From Simkaniaceae bacterium (lineage in GTDB: Bacteria > Chlamydiota > Chlamydiia > Chlamydiales > JAJFMI01): a DNA stretch of 15,187 bases. A model generated the notes under the pieces. It was not told the DNA's origin. It saw only the letters and a program-made list of their open reading frames with translations, and searched no databases. Positions 7,568-15,187 of this stretch are shown here, one piece after another. The stretch covers positions 1 to 15,187 of the forward strand of contig JBBDIZ010000028.1 in the NCBI GenBank assembly GCA_040880145.1. Reading direction: 5' to 3'. The position numbers and the translations under genes are program-made. Numbering within the stretch: the stretch's first letter is position 1; each line of letters opens with the position of its first letter.

Positions 7568-8814
7568 AGTTCACCTCTTTTTTTCCAGCCCATTTCGATT
7601 TCTTCTAGAGATTTATTTTTGGTTTCAGGAACCTTATAATAGACATAGATATACCCCAAAGTCCCAATTATTGCGAAGAGAAGAAATGTACCTCCTTCAT
7701 GCAAATACTTGATCAAAGAGAGAAAGGAAAAGGCTATGACAAAATTCGAAAACCAATTGACAAAAGTCGCAATTCCCATAGCACGCCCTCTAATATTTAA
7801 GGGAAAGATTTCAGAAATTAAAACCCATGTTACAGGTCCTAGGCTAATTGCAAAGCTTACGATGTAAATCATTAAACTAATCATTGAAATAATAGCTGTA
7901 ATTTCAAATGAGCTAATGAAAGTAAAAACCATAAATAATAGAGAAAAAACCATTCCGGCAAGTCCAATCAGTAAGAGTCTTCGTCTTCCTGCACGATCGA
8001 TTAGATAAAGAGAAAAAATAGTAGCTAAAACATTTATAGACCCAATTCCAATGGTTGCTAATAAAGCCGAGCGATCTGACTGAAACCCCGCTGACCTAAA
8101 AATTTGCGGAGCATAATAAATAATCGCATTGATCCCTGTGATTTGCTGAAAAAGGCTAATCATAACCCCTATTAGCAAAATTCTCCGATAAGGATTTGTA
8201 AATAGAATTTTCCAAGTGGGTTGCTGTTGCTTCTTTTCCCTGCTAAACTTTCGAAAAGCTTGGGTCTCCGGAAGAAAAAAAAGAAGGCAAAATTCAACTA
8301 GGGCAAAGGGCATGATCATGCCAAAAAGAGCGCGCCAATTACTTGTTTGAGAAAAAAGAAGAGCTGCCAAATAGGCAAGTAAAATGCCCACTGTGATTCC
8401 TAGTTGACTAAGTGCTACGATTGCTCCTCTGTGATTGGGTGGAGACATTTCAGAAACATACAAAGGAATGAGAAGAGAAGAGATTCCAACCGCAATTCCA
8501 AGCAAAAATCGTCCCATCAAAAGTGCTAATAAGGATCCTGCCAAAAAGAGGAACAAACCGGATAATAGAAAGAGAAGCGCTGTAATCAGCAGAGTGCGTT
8601 TTCGACCCAAATTATCTGCAACTATACCCCCAATCATCGCTCCTAGAAGAGCTCCTAAAAGCAAAATACTAACAAGGGCCCCTTGTTGAAAAAGAGAGAG
8701 ATTAAACTCTGACTTTAAAAATAGAAGCCCTCCTGCAATGTTAGCTGTTGCATATCCAAAAAGCAAACCGCCTATAAAGGCTAAAACAGCTGTTATCCAA
8801 AGAACTTTTGACAT
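7564..8814 (-). CDS. MFS sugar porter family transporter
   Basis: About 12 TM segments; [36 protein letters not shown]...SEIFP...RG and PETK motifs. Start placed at ATG 8814 (MSKVLW). Confidence 0.95.
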   Translation of the reverse strand: MSKVLWITAVLAFIGGLLFGYATANIAGGLLFLKSEFNLSLFQQGALVSILLLGALLGAMIGGIVADNLGRKRTLLITALLFLLSGLFLFLAGSLLALLMGRFLLGIAVGISSLLIPLYVSEMSPPNHRGAIVALSQLGITVGILLAYLAALLFSQTSNWRALFGMIMPFALVEFCLLFFLPETQAFRKFSREKKQQQPTWKILFTNPYRRILLIGVMISLFQQITGINAIIYYAPQIFRSAGFQSDRSALLATIGIGSINVLATIFSLYLIDRAGRRRLLLIGLAGMVFSLLFMVFTFISSFEITAIISMISLMIYIVSFAISLGPVTWVLISEIFPLNIRGRAMGIATFVNWFSNFVIAFSFLSLIKYLHEGGTFLLFAIIGTLGYIYVYYKVPETKNKSLEEIEMGWKKRGEL

Positions 8815-8858
8815 AGTTCTTTCAAATAACAAAATTTGTGTTGAAACTCAACTCTAAT

Positions 8859-8941
8859 TATACCGAAACAACTTCAAGAATTGAATTTTCGGCGCGGTTT
8901 GATAAAAAAAGATAACCTGCCAAAAATCGAGTTAAGGTATA
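8859..8941. mobile_element. Short ERIC-like MITE variant, 83 bp (TATACC...GGTATA) with a degenerate right end
   Basis: 8858-8883 is identical over 26 bp to 9008-9033. Internal imperfect hairpin (8881-8899 with 8914-8930). Ends in GGTATA at 8936-8941. Confidence 0.65.
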
Positions 8942-9008
8942 ATAATCTCGATCCTCACTATCGAATTGCATTATTAGTTAAGGATCAATGAGAAAGGGCT
9001 TTTGACCT

Positions 9009-9145
9009 TATACCGAAACAACTTCAAGAATTGGGTTTTCGCGGCTAGCGCCAAAGCACCGCAATTCTAGGTCATTTATGATCGGTAAATTTCGAAAGCT
9101 TTCGAAATTTGCGCGAAAACCGATTCTTGAAGTTGTTTCGGTATA
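9009..9145. mobile_element. Complete ERIC-like MITE / palindromic element, 137 bp including TA at both ends
   Basis: Perfect 24-bp inverted repeat TTATACCGAAACAACTTCAAGAAT (9008-9031 / 9123-9146), extending inward via GGTTTTCGCG/CGCGAAAACC to about 35 bp. TA at both termini; no transposase. Confidence 0.85.
9087..9110. repeat. Perfect 24-bp palindrome inside the MITE
   Basis: AAATTTCGAAAGCTTTCGAAATTT equals its own reverse complement. Confidence 0.95.
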
Positions 9146-9233
9146 AAACGGCCAACATTTAAAAGTGTTGTGATTTCTCCAAACGGACAAATCGACTTCA
9201 AATGGGCCTATTTAGAGAATAAAAACACACGTA

Positions 9234-10163
9234 ATGACCCTTTACTTTTGTAAGAAACTTTTCTATCTCGTAATTTCTCTCTTTATTGTAGCCTCAATGA
9301 CTTTTGTGCTTATGAAAGCAATTCCAGGGGATCCATTTTCACAAGAACAAGCAGTCCCCGAAGAAATCCTTAAGAGTCTTTATCGTCACTATGGCCTCGA
9401 CAGACCCTACTTCATCCAATATCTAAAATATCTTAAGGGAGTTTTCACATTAGACTTTGGCCCATCCTTTAAATATGAATCTCAGTCCGTCACACAAATA
9501 ATTAAGAGCAGTTTTCCCGTCTCATTCACATTAGGTCTTCAAGCCCTTATTTTCGCTCTTTTTGGAGGCATCTCCCTTGGAACAATTGCCGCCCTTTTCC
9601 GTGGCCGCACACAAGATCATATCGCAATGATCATTGCAGTCCTTGGATTATCCATTCCAAGCTATATTTTAGCCACCACTCTTCAATACATTTTTGCTAT
9701 GAAGCTAAAAATACTCCCTGTTGCAAGATGGGGCTCTTTTTCCCATACGATTCTTCCAAGCTTAGCTTTAGCCTCTCTTCCTATGGCCTTTATTGCCCGA
9801 TTAACAAGAACCAATATGGTAGAAATACTTGAACAAGATTACATTTTAACTGCAAGAGCAAAAGGTTTAAGTCCTATACGCATTATTATGAAGCATGTAC
9901 TTAAGAATAGCCTTATGCCTGTAATTACTTACTTAGCCCCCCTCTCATCCAGCATTTTAACGGGAAGTTTTGTTATTGAAAAAATTTTTGGAATCCCTGG
10001 GCTCGGAGGATGGTTTGTAAATAGTATTATCAACCGTGATTATACGGTAATTATGGGAGTCACCATTTTCTATAGTGTCATATTAATGGTCTCAATTTTT
10101 ATCGTCGATCTACTCTATTTTATTTTAGACCCTCGATTAAGAGAAAGGGCCCTATATGAATAA
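9234..10163 (+). CDS. oppB: Oligopeptide ABC transporter permease
   Basis: PGDP, YGLDRP..QY..YL, DFGPSF, EAA-type loop DYILTARAKGL, GSFVIEKIF.IPGLG, NRDY and DPR. Confidence 0.95.
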   Translation: MTLYFCKKLFYLVISLFIVASMTFVLMKAIPGDPFSQEQAVPEEILKSLYRHYGLDRPYFIQYLKYLKGVFTLDFGPSFKYESQSVTQIIKSSFPVSFTLGLQALIFALFGGISLGTIAALFRGRTQDHIAMIIAVLGLSIPSYILATTLQYIFAMKLKILPVARWGSFSHTILPSLALASLPMAFIARLTRTNMVEILEQDYILTARAKGLSPIRIIMKHVLKNSLMPVITYLAPLSSSILTGSFVIEKIFGIPGLGGWFVNSIINRDYTVIMGVTIFYSVILMVSIFIVDLLYFILDPRLRERALYE

Positions 10164-11061
10164 AAATGAGATCACCCTATCGACTTCCTCTATTTCATCG
10201 AACGACTCAATTGAAATCTCATCTTCTTACTACAAAAAGGCATGGAGACGGTTAAAAAAAAATAAAGTGGCTATGGGGGGACTCATTATACTATCCTTCC
10301 TTTTTTTTATGGCGATTATTGGACCCTATTTACGCCCTTTCACCTACTATGAAACTCACTTAACACTAAAAAACCTCTCCCCTAATTTACGCTACTGGTT
10401 TGGAACTGATGAATTAGGAAGAGATCTCTTTACAAGGATATGGTGGGGAGCAAGAATCTCTCTATTTGTCGGCATCGCCTCTGCTTTAATTGATATGATT
10501 ATTGGGGTTTTCTACGGAGCGTTAGCTGCTATGATCCATCCAAAGATTGAAGAGTTTATGATGAGAATTACAGATATCCTTTACTCGCTCCCTCAGCTTT
10601 TGATTACAATTTTACTCATGGTTATTTTAGGAAATGGGATTACAACGATCATTATTGCCCTAACGATTACAGGCTGGATCAATATGGCTCGAATCATTAG
10701 AGGACAAATTTTAAGCATCAAACAAAATGACTATATATTAGCCGCGCAAATCATGGGGGCGCACCCCTTCCGCATTCTTTTGCGTCACTTTATTCCTAAC
10801 ATCTCAGGATCGATCATCACAACCGTTACCCTAACCATACCCACCGCAATTTTTATGGAAGCCTTTTTAAGCTTTTTAGGACTAGGCGTCCAAGCTCCCA
10901 TCGCCAGTTGGGGGACGATGGCCTCAGATGGGTTGAATGCCATGCGCTACTATCCTTGGAGACTTTTCTTTCCCGCCACTTTTATTAGCTTGACCATTTT
11001 AACCTTCAACCTTCTCGGAGATGGTCTTCGGGATGCTTTCGATCCAAGGCTTCGAACATGA
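10156..11061 (+). CDS. oppC: Oligopeptide ABC transporter permease
   Basis: AWRRLKKNKVA, WFGTDELGRD, GARISL, EAFLSFLGLG and GDGLRDAFDPR; overlaps oppB by 8 nt. Confidence 0.95.
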   Translation: MNKNEITLSTSSISSNDSIEISSSYYKKAWRRLKKNKVAMGGLIILSFLFFMAIIGPYLRPFTYYETHLTLKNLSPNLRYWFGTDELGRDLFTRIWWGARISLFVGIASALIDMIIGVFYGALAAMIHPKIEEFMMRITDILYSLPQLLITILLMVILGNGITTIIIALTITGWINMARIIRGQILSIKQNDYILAAQIMGAHPFRILLRHFIPNISGSIITTVTLTIPTAIFMEAFLSFLGLGVQAPIASWGTMASDGLNAMRYYPWRLFFPATFISLTILTFNLLGDGLRDAFDPRLRT

Positions 11062-12020
11062 CAAAAGTTTTATCTGTAAAAAATCTGCACATTTCATTTC
11101 TAACAGAGAGAGCGACCACTTACGCTCTTCGAGGAGTTGATTTTGACCTCAATGCAAATGAAACACTTGGCATAGTCGGTGAATCCGGTTCCGGAAAATC
11201 TGTGCTCATCAAATCACTATTGAGGCTTCTTCCGAAAAGTTCAGCAAAAGTAGACAAAGGCAGCATTTTTTTTAAAGATATCGATATCCTTCAATTAAAA
11301 CCGGGAAAGGTTAGGAAGCTTCGAAGGAATAACTTTGGGTTTGTTTTTCAAGATCCTATGAGTTCTTTAAATCCAACAATGAAAATCGGAAAGCAGATTG
11401 AAGAAAGCATGCCCCAAATATCTCGAAAAATGCGAAAACAAAAAACTCTTGATTTACTCAATGGCGTTGGCATTACAAATCCGGATCTTCGTGCTAATCA
11501 ATACCCACACGAACTCAGTGGAGGGATGAGGCAAAGAGTCATGATTTCCATTGCACTGGCCGCCTCTCCCGAAGTCTTAATTATGGATGAGCCGACAACA
11601 GCACTTGATGTGACCATCCAAGCTGAAATTCTTAAGCTCATTAAGACCATTAAAGAGACAAAAAACATGTCCATAATCTTTATAACCCATGATTTTAGCC
11701 TCGTCTCAGGTTTTTGTGATCGGGTTTTAGTGATGTATGCCGGAAAGGTAGTTGAATCAGGACCAACAAATTCTCTTTTAAAGGCCCCAAAACACCCCTA
11801 CACGCACGCCCTGCTCAAGTCAATTCCCCGCCTTCACGATGACCATATAATCGAACCAATTCAAGGATCTCTTCCAAATATGCAAAAAAAAACAAAAAAT
11901 TGCCTCTTTAGTCCAAGATGTCCTTTTGCAATGCCAAAATGCCAAAATGAATCTCCGAAACTTCTTGAGATCGGACAAAACCATAAAACTCGCTGCTTTT
12001 TATATGACTCCTCTGATTAA
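11058..12020 (+). CDS. oppD: Oligopeptide ABC transporter ATP-binding protein
   Basis: Walker A GESGSGKS, FQDPMSSLNP, LSGGMRQR, DEPTTALDV, HPYT and a C-terminal Cys cluster; ATGA overlap with oppC. Confidence 0.95.
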   Translation: MTKVLSVKNLHISFLTERATTYALRGVDFDLNANETLGIVGESGSGKSVLIKSLLRLLPKSSAKVDKGSIFFKDIDILQLKPGKVRKLRRNNFGFVFQDPMSSLNPTMKIGKQIEESMPQISRKMRKQKTLDLLNGVGITNPDLRANQYPHELSGGMRQRVMISIALAASPEVLIMDEPTTALDVTIQAEILKLIKTIKETKNMSIIFITHDFSLVSGFCDRVLVMYAGKVVESGPTNSLLKAPKHPYTHALLKSIPRLHDDHIIEPIQGSLPNMQKKTKNCLFSPRCPFAMPKCQNESPKLLEIGQNHKTRCFLYDSSD

Positions 12021-12987
12021 AGTTAACTCTTTATCAAAAATATTTCACATTCGAGGTCATCGATACCATGCTATTCAAAATATTTGTTTTTCTTTAAACC
12101 GCGGCCAAACCTTAGGCCTTGTAGGAGAAAGTGGTTCCGGAAAGTCCACGCTTGCAAAAACACTCGTTTCACTCTACAAGCCCGATTCCGGAGAAATTTA
12201 TTATGATGGAACTCTGCTTAGTAAAAAAAATATAAAAAAATTCCGATCAAAAATTCAGCTTGTATTTCAAAATCCCGGCTCTTCTTTAAACCCTAGAATG
12301 ACAGCTGAAGAGATCATCTCTGAGCCGCTTGATATTTCAAGATGCATGAGTACAAGAGAAAGAGAAAAACGTGTCCGTGAACTCTTCATGCTTGTTGGAT
12401 TAAAACCTTTTCAGCTTAAACTTTATCCACATGAATTTTCAGGAGGGCAAAAACAAAGGATTGCCATTGCACGCGCCCTTTCTCTCAATCCGGAGTTTCT
12501 CATTCTTGATGAACCGATTTCAGCACTTGATGTTTCGATCCAAGCTCAAATCGTGACATTGCTTAAGGATCTTCAAAAAAAACTAAACCTTACCTATCTA
12601 TTCATTTCACACGACTTATCAATGGTAAAATATCTTTCTGACTATGTTGCGGTCATGTATTTAGGTGAAATCGTCGAAATGGCTGAAGCGAAAAAACTCT
12701 TCAACTCCCCGCTTCACCCCTATACAAAGGGGCTGATTGATGCCATTGCTCACTTAGACCCTTCCTTAGAAAAAAATCGCGTTAAAACTCTCTTAAAAGG
12801 GGATGTCCCTAACCTGCTGCATCGCGGAAAGGGGTGCACATTTTATAAGCGATGCCCCAATGCGATGCCCCAATGCTACGCTAAAGAAAATGTTATAAAA
12901 GAAGCTGAAGACAATCATCAAGTCCGTTGCCATCTTTATAGTCAATTAAATCTTAATATTGAAAAAAAAAATACTGAAAATATATGA
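12004..12987 (+). CDS. oppF: Oligopeptide ABC transporter ATP-binding protein
   Basis: Walker A GESGSGKS, YPHEFSGGQKQR, DEPISALDVS, HPYT and a C-terminal Cys cluster. Start placed at ATG 12004 (MTPLIKV), overlapping the oppD end by 17 nt. Confidence 0.93.
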   Translation: MTPLIKVNSLSKIFHIRGHRYHAIQNICFSLNRGQTLGLVGESGSGKSTLAKTLVSLYKPDSGEIYYDGTLLSKKNIKKFRSKIQLVFQNPGSSLNPRMTAEEIISEPLDISRCMSTREREKRVRELFMLVGLKPFQLKLYPHEFSGGQKQRIAIARALSLNPEFLILDEPISALDVSIQAQIVTLLKDLQKKLNLTYLFISHDLSMVKYLSDYVAVMYLGEIVEMAEAKKLFNSPLHPYTKGLIDAIAHLDPSLEKNRVKTLLKGDVPNLLHRGKGCTFYKRCPNAMPQCYAKENVIKEAEDNHQVRCHLYSQLNLNIEKKNTENI

Positions 12988-13009
12988 TCGGTTAAAAAGG
13001 AACTTCTAG

Positions 13010-14068
13010 ATGAACCGTTTTTTCTATTACCTTCTGTTACTTCCGGCATTTGCAATGGCATACGTAATCGGCGAACCTTCAAAAGAAGCGACAAAAGATC
13101 CGGAGCCCTCAGATTTTGACTATGATCTTTTTAATCGTGATCAGAGAACGGTTTTTATCAATGCTGAATTTCTTTATTGGACCTTAGATGAAAATGCCCT
13201 TGACTACGCAATAAAAATGAAGAGCCCCTCTTGGGGACCAACCCCATCCTATGCTCAAGGAGACTACAAAATAGCCAATTACAATTTCGATCCCGGCTAT
13301 CGAATTGGCGTAGGCTTTTTCAATGCCCCCAAATTCTGGATGGTCTTTGGCCAATACACCTGGCTCCATTTAAAAGGAAAAGATTCAGTCAAAGCCCCCG
13401 ACGAGGCAAATGAGTTCTTAACCGGAACCTGGCCTCAAGTTTTCACGAACCCTTTAAGTCGAGCCACTAGCCATATCCATTTTCATTATAACCTTTTTGA
13501 CTATCTAGTTGCGCGAGTTTTTCATCCAAATCCCCATCTTAGACTCCGTTTTTTTGGGGGCCTCTCTTTTCCTTGGATGCATCAACTTTGGAAAGTGCGC
13601 TATTACGACACAACCGACCAAGAGACCTTTATCAAAAACCGCTGGTCATTTTGGGGAGCCGGACCGAAAATTGGCCTTTCTATAGACTGGTACTGGTTTA
13701 AGCATATTTATATCGCAGCGAGAACCTCTTTCGCAGCAACTGTTGGAAACTACAAAAACCAATCCTTTCAGCAAACGACATCCAACCCATCCGGAAACGA
13801 TGATCCCAATATTCCCATCAGAAACGCTCACTACAATGACACTCGATCAGCTCTTAACTTCAACTTTTCTCTCGGACCCTCATGGCAGTATTGCTTCTGT
13901 AGTTCGAGGTGGGAGGTTTTTCTTGGATATGAATTTACAGACTGGTTAAATCTTCAGGAGATTTATCGCTCAACTGCAGCGAGCCCCTTTTCAGCAAAAG
14001 AGACGTGGATCAATAATGGGCAGTTGACTCTCCATGGATTGACAGCGAGATTATCAGCGGACTTCTAA
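13010..14068 (+). CDS. Outer-membrane beta-barrel porin, Lpg1974 / Legionella-MOMP-like family
   Basis: Signal peptide (..PAFAMA), AEFLYW, FDPGYRIGVG, FWGAGPKIG, GYEFTDW and LHGLTARLSADF with terminal Phe; AAGGA SD at 12997-13001. Confidence 0.8.
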   Translation: MNRFFYYLLLLPAFAMAYVIGEPSKEATKDPEPSDFDYDLFNRDQRTVFINAEFLYWTLDENALDYAIKMKSPSWGPTPSYAQGDYKIANYNFDPGYRIGVGFFNAPKFWMVFGQYTWLHLKGKDSVKAPDEANEFLTGTWPQVFTNPLSRATSHIHFHYNLFDYLVARVFHPNPHLRLRFFGGLSFPWMHQLWKVRYYDTTDQETFIKNRWSFWGAGPKIGLSIDWYWFKHIYIAARTSFAATVGNYKNQSFQQTTSNPSGNDDPNIPIRNAHYNDTRSALNFNFSLGPSWQYCFCSSRWEVFLGYEFTDWLNLQEIYRSTAASPFSAKETWINNGQLTLHGLTARLSADF

Positions 14069-14983
14069 AACCTCTTTTGGAAGCCCAAAAAAGACGTTTT
14101 CTTCTGTCATTACAAACTCTTCGGTTTCGCTTACACCTAAAGTCTTCAAGCGATCCGTGACCTGTTGAACAACAGACTCTGGAGTTGAAGCGCCGGCTGA
14201 TAAACCGATCGTTTGGACGTTTTTCAGCCATTCAGGGTCGATTTCATGGCTTGTGTTGATCAGATAAGAAGGAATCTCTTCACGCTCCCCGATTTCTCTC
14301 AATCGATTCGAATTTGAGCTTGTAGGATCGCCAACAATTAAAATCAATTGAACCTTTTCTGCAATTTCTCTTAAAGCCAACTGCCGATTTGTTGTGGCAT
14401 AGCAAATAGAAGAGCTTGGAAGTGTCTCGATCTGAGGATACTTTTTAAGCAGCGCCTCTTTGATCTCTTTGACATCGATCAAACTCAAGGTCGTCTGAGT
14501 AATGTAAAAAAGCTTATCCTCTTTTGTAAACGTTAATCGCTCAACCTCTTCAACCTCTTCTACGATCGTTGTCATATCGGGTGCTTCGCCGGCTGTTCCA
14601 ATCACTTCAACATGTTTACGATGTCCGATTAAAATAATTTGATAATCTTTTTTTGCATAACGCTTAACGGCTGAATGCACTCGTGTTACAAGGCCGCAAG
14701 TCGCATCGATTTCGACAAGATTTCTCTTTTTTGCCTCATCGCGAACTTGAGGCGAAACCCCATGAGCCGAATAAATAAGCCTGGATCCCTCTGGAACCTC
14801 AGACAAATCCTCGATAAAGATAGCGCCCATTGCCTCGAGTTCCTCGACAACATGACGATTATGAACGATTTGATGCTTCACATAAATGGGCGCGCCCCAA
14901 AGCTCGATTGCCTTTTTCACCGTATCAATAGCCCGAACAACACCGGCACAAAAACCGCGAGGCTTGGCAAGTAATAATTTCAT
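14054..14983 (-). CDS. ispH: 4-hydroxy-3-methylbut-2-enyl diphosphate reductase (LytB)
   Basis: PRGFCAGV, IVHN, SAHG, DATC, H.EV.G, TQTT, ICYAT.NRQ, SSNSNRL and AGASTP. Confidence 0.99.
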   Translation of the reverse strand: MKLLLAKPRGFCAGVVRAIDTVKKAIELWGAPIYVKHQIVHNRHVVEELEAMGAIFIEDLSEVPEGSRLIYSAHGVSPQVRDEAKKRNLVEIDATCGLVTRVHSAVKRYAKKDYQIILIGHRKHVEVIGTAGEAPDMTTIVEEVEEVERLTFTKEDKLFYITQTTLSLIDVKEIKEALLKKYPQIETLPSSSICYATTNRQLALREIAEKVQLILIVGDPTSSNSNRLREIGEREEIPSYLINTSHEIDPEWLKNVQTIGLSAGASTPESVVQQVTDRLKTLGVSETEEFVMTEENVFFGLPKEVLEVR

Positions 14984-15008
14984 AAAAAACCGCCCTTGTT
15001 TTAAAAAT

Positions 15009-15037
15009 ATTCTACGAGAAAACCCAAAAAAACAGAA
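15009..15037 (-). promoter_or_regulatory. Possible ispH promoter
   Basis: Minus-strand TAGAAT (15014-15009) lies 25 nt upstream of the ATG, with only a weak -35 (TTCTGT) at 17 bp. Confidence 0.3.
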
Positions 15038-15187
15038 GAAATTAAATATTTTTCCTGTTTTTAAATATTAGGTTAATGTATTATCATAGAATCATTAATA
15101 GATGAGTGATCCATGAGTTTATTACCTATTAGCTCAGTACAGGACATTTTTTAGCTAGCACATCATAGAACCTCCTTTATATCGACC

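Noticed and set aside
8858..9146. CRISPR array (repeats of about 26-34 bp)
   Set aside because: Only two direct copies 150 bp apart plus one inverted copy, with spacing far too long and no cas genes; fits a MITE.
9002..9165. Ancestral opp promoter (TTGACC-17-TAAAAG) interrupted by the MITE
   Set aside because: It appears only after in-silico removal of the element, and the -10 lacks the conserved final T; too weak.
9008..9190. 60-aa minus-strand ORF as a real gene
   Set aside because: Mostly MITE sequence, with a non-ATG start and no SD or recognisable domain; kept only as an open-frame observation.
11926..12003. N-terminal extension of OppF in the ORF track
   Set aside because: Deep overlap with oppD; the typical ABC ATPase start is MTPLIKV at 12004.
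12962..12971. Poly-A tract (A10), and A9 at 11884-11892, as phase-variation sites
   Set aside because: Both are in-frame Lys-codon runs in an AT-rich genome, near the gene ends, with intact frames.
275..15071. Remaining short ORFs in the track (e.g. 275-496, 633-884, 5393-5593, 7177-7443, 8435-8689, 13184-13949, 14675-15071)
   Set aside because: Shadow or alternate-frame ORFs overlapping well-supported genes, with no motifs.
15113..15154. MSLLPISSVQDIF* micro-ORF resembling an effector N-terminus
   Set aside because: Only 13 codons; a one-base shift either way in the T6 run also stops within a few codons, and the window ends shortly after.
1..15187. tRNA/rRNA genes, transposases, reverse transcriptase/DGR core, defence systems
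   Set aside because: No supporting motifs seen. The Avd-like fragment has no RT or TR/VR pair in this window.

Overview
AT-rich, gene-dense bacterial chromosome segment. The gene set and protein styles suggest an environmental Chlamydiota genome (inference): IspH with DATCGLV/SSSICYAT, class I aldolase, a Legionella-MOMP/Lpg1974-type porin and a chlamydia-style membrane protein. Gene order: mgtE(-), SAM methyltransferase-glmS-large membrane-anchored protein(+), orphan acidic ORF(+), fbaB and an MFS sugar porter(-), oppBCDF plus a beta-barrel porin(+), ispH(-). Most coding content is housekeeping. The unusual signals are: (1) at the left edge, a GC-rich hexamer-repeat inverted-repeat cassette enclosing a sigma54-like motif fused to a degenerate C-terminal fragment resembling a four-helix-bundle (23S IVS/Avd-like) protein; (2) two related ERIC-like TATACC...GGTATA MITEs between the sugar porter and oppB, one creating TATAAT boxes at both junctions; (3) back-to-back sigma70-type promoters that predict leaderless mRNAs for both mgtE and the methyltransferase; (4) a sugar porter lacking the proton-coupling Asp and most of the intracellular helical domain. 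All homology calls come from motif recognition, not database searches.
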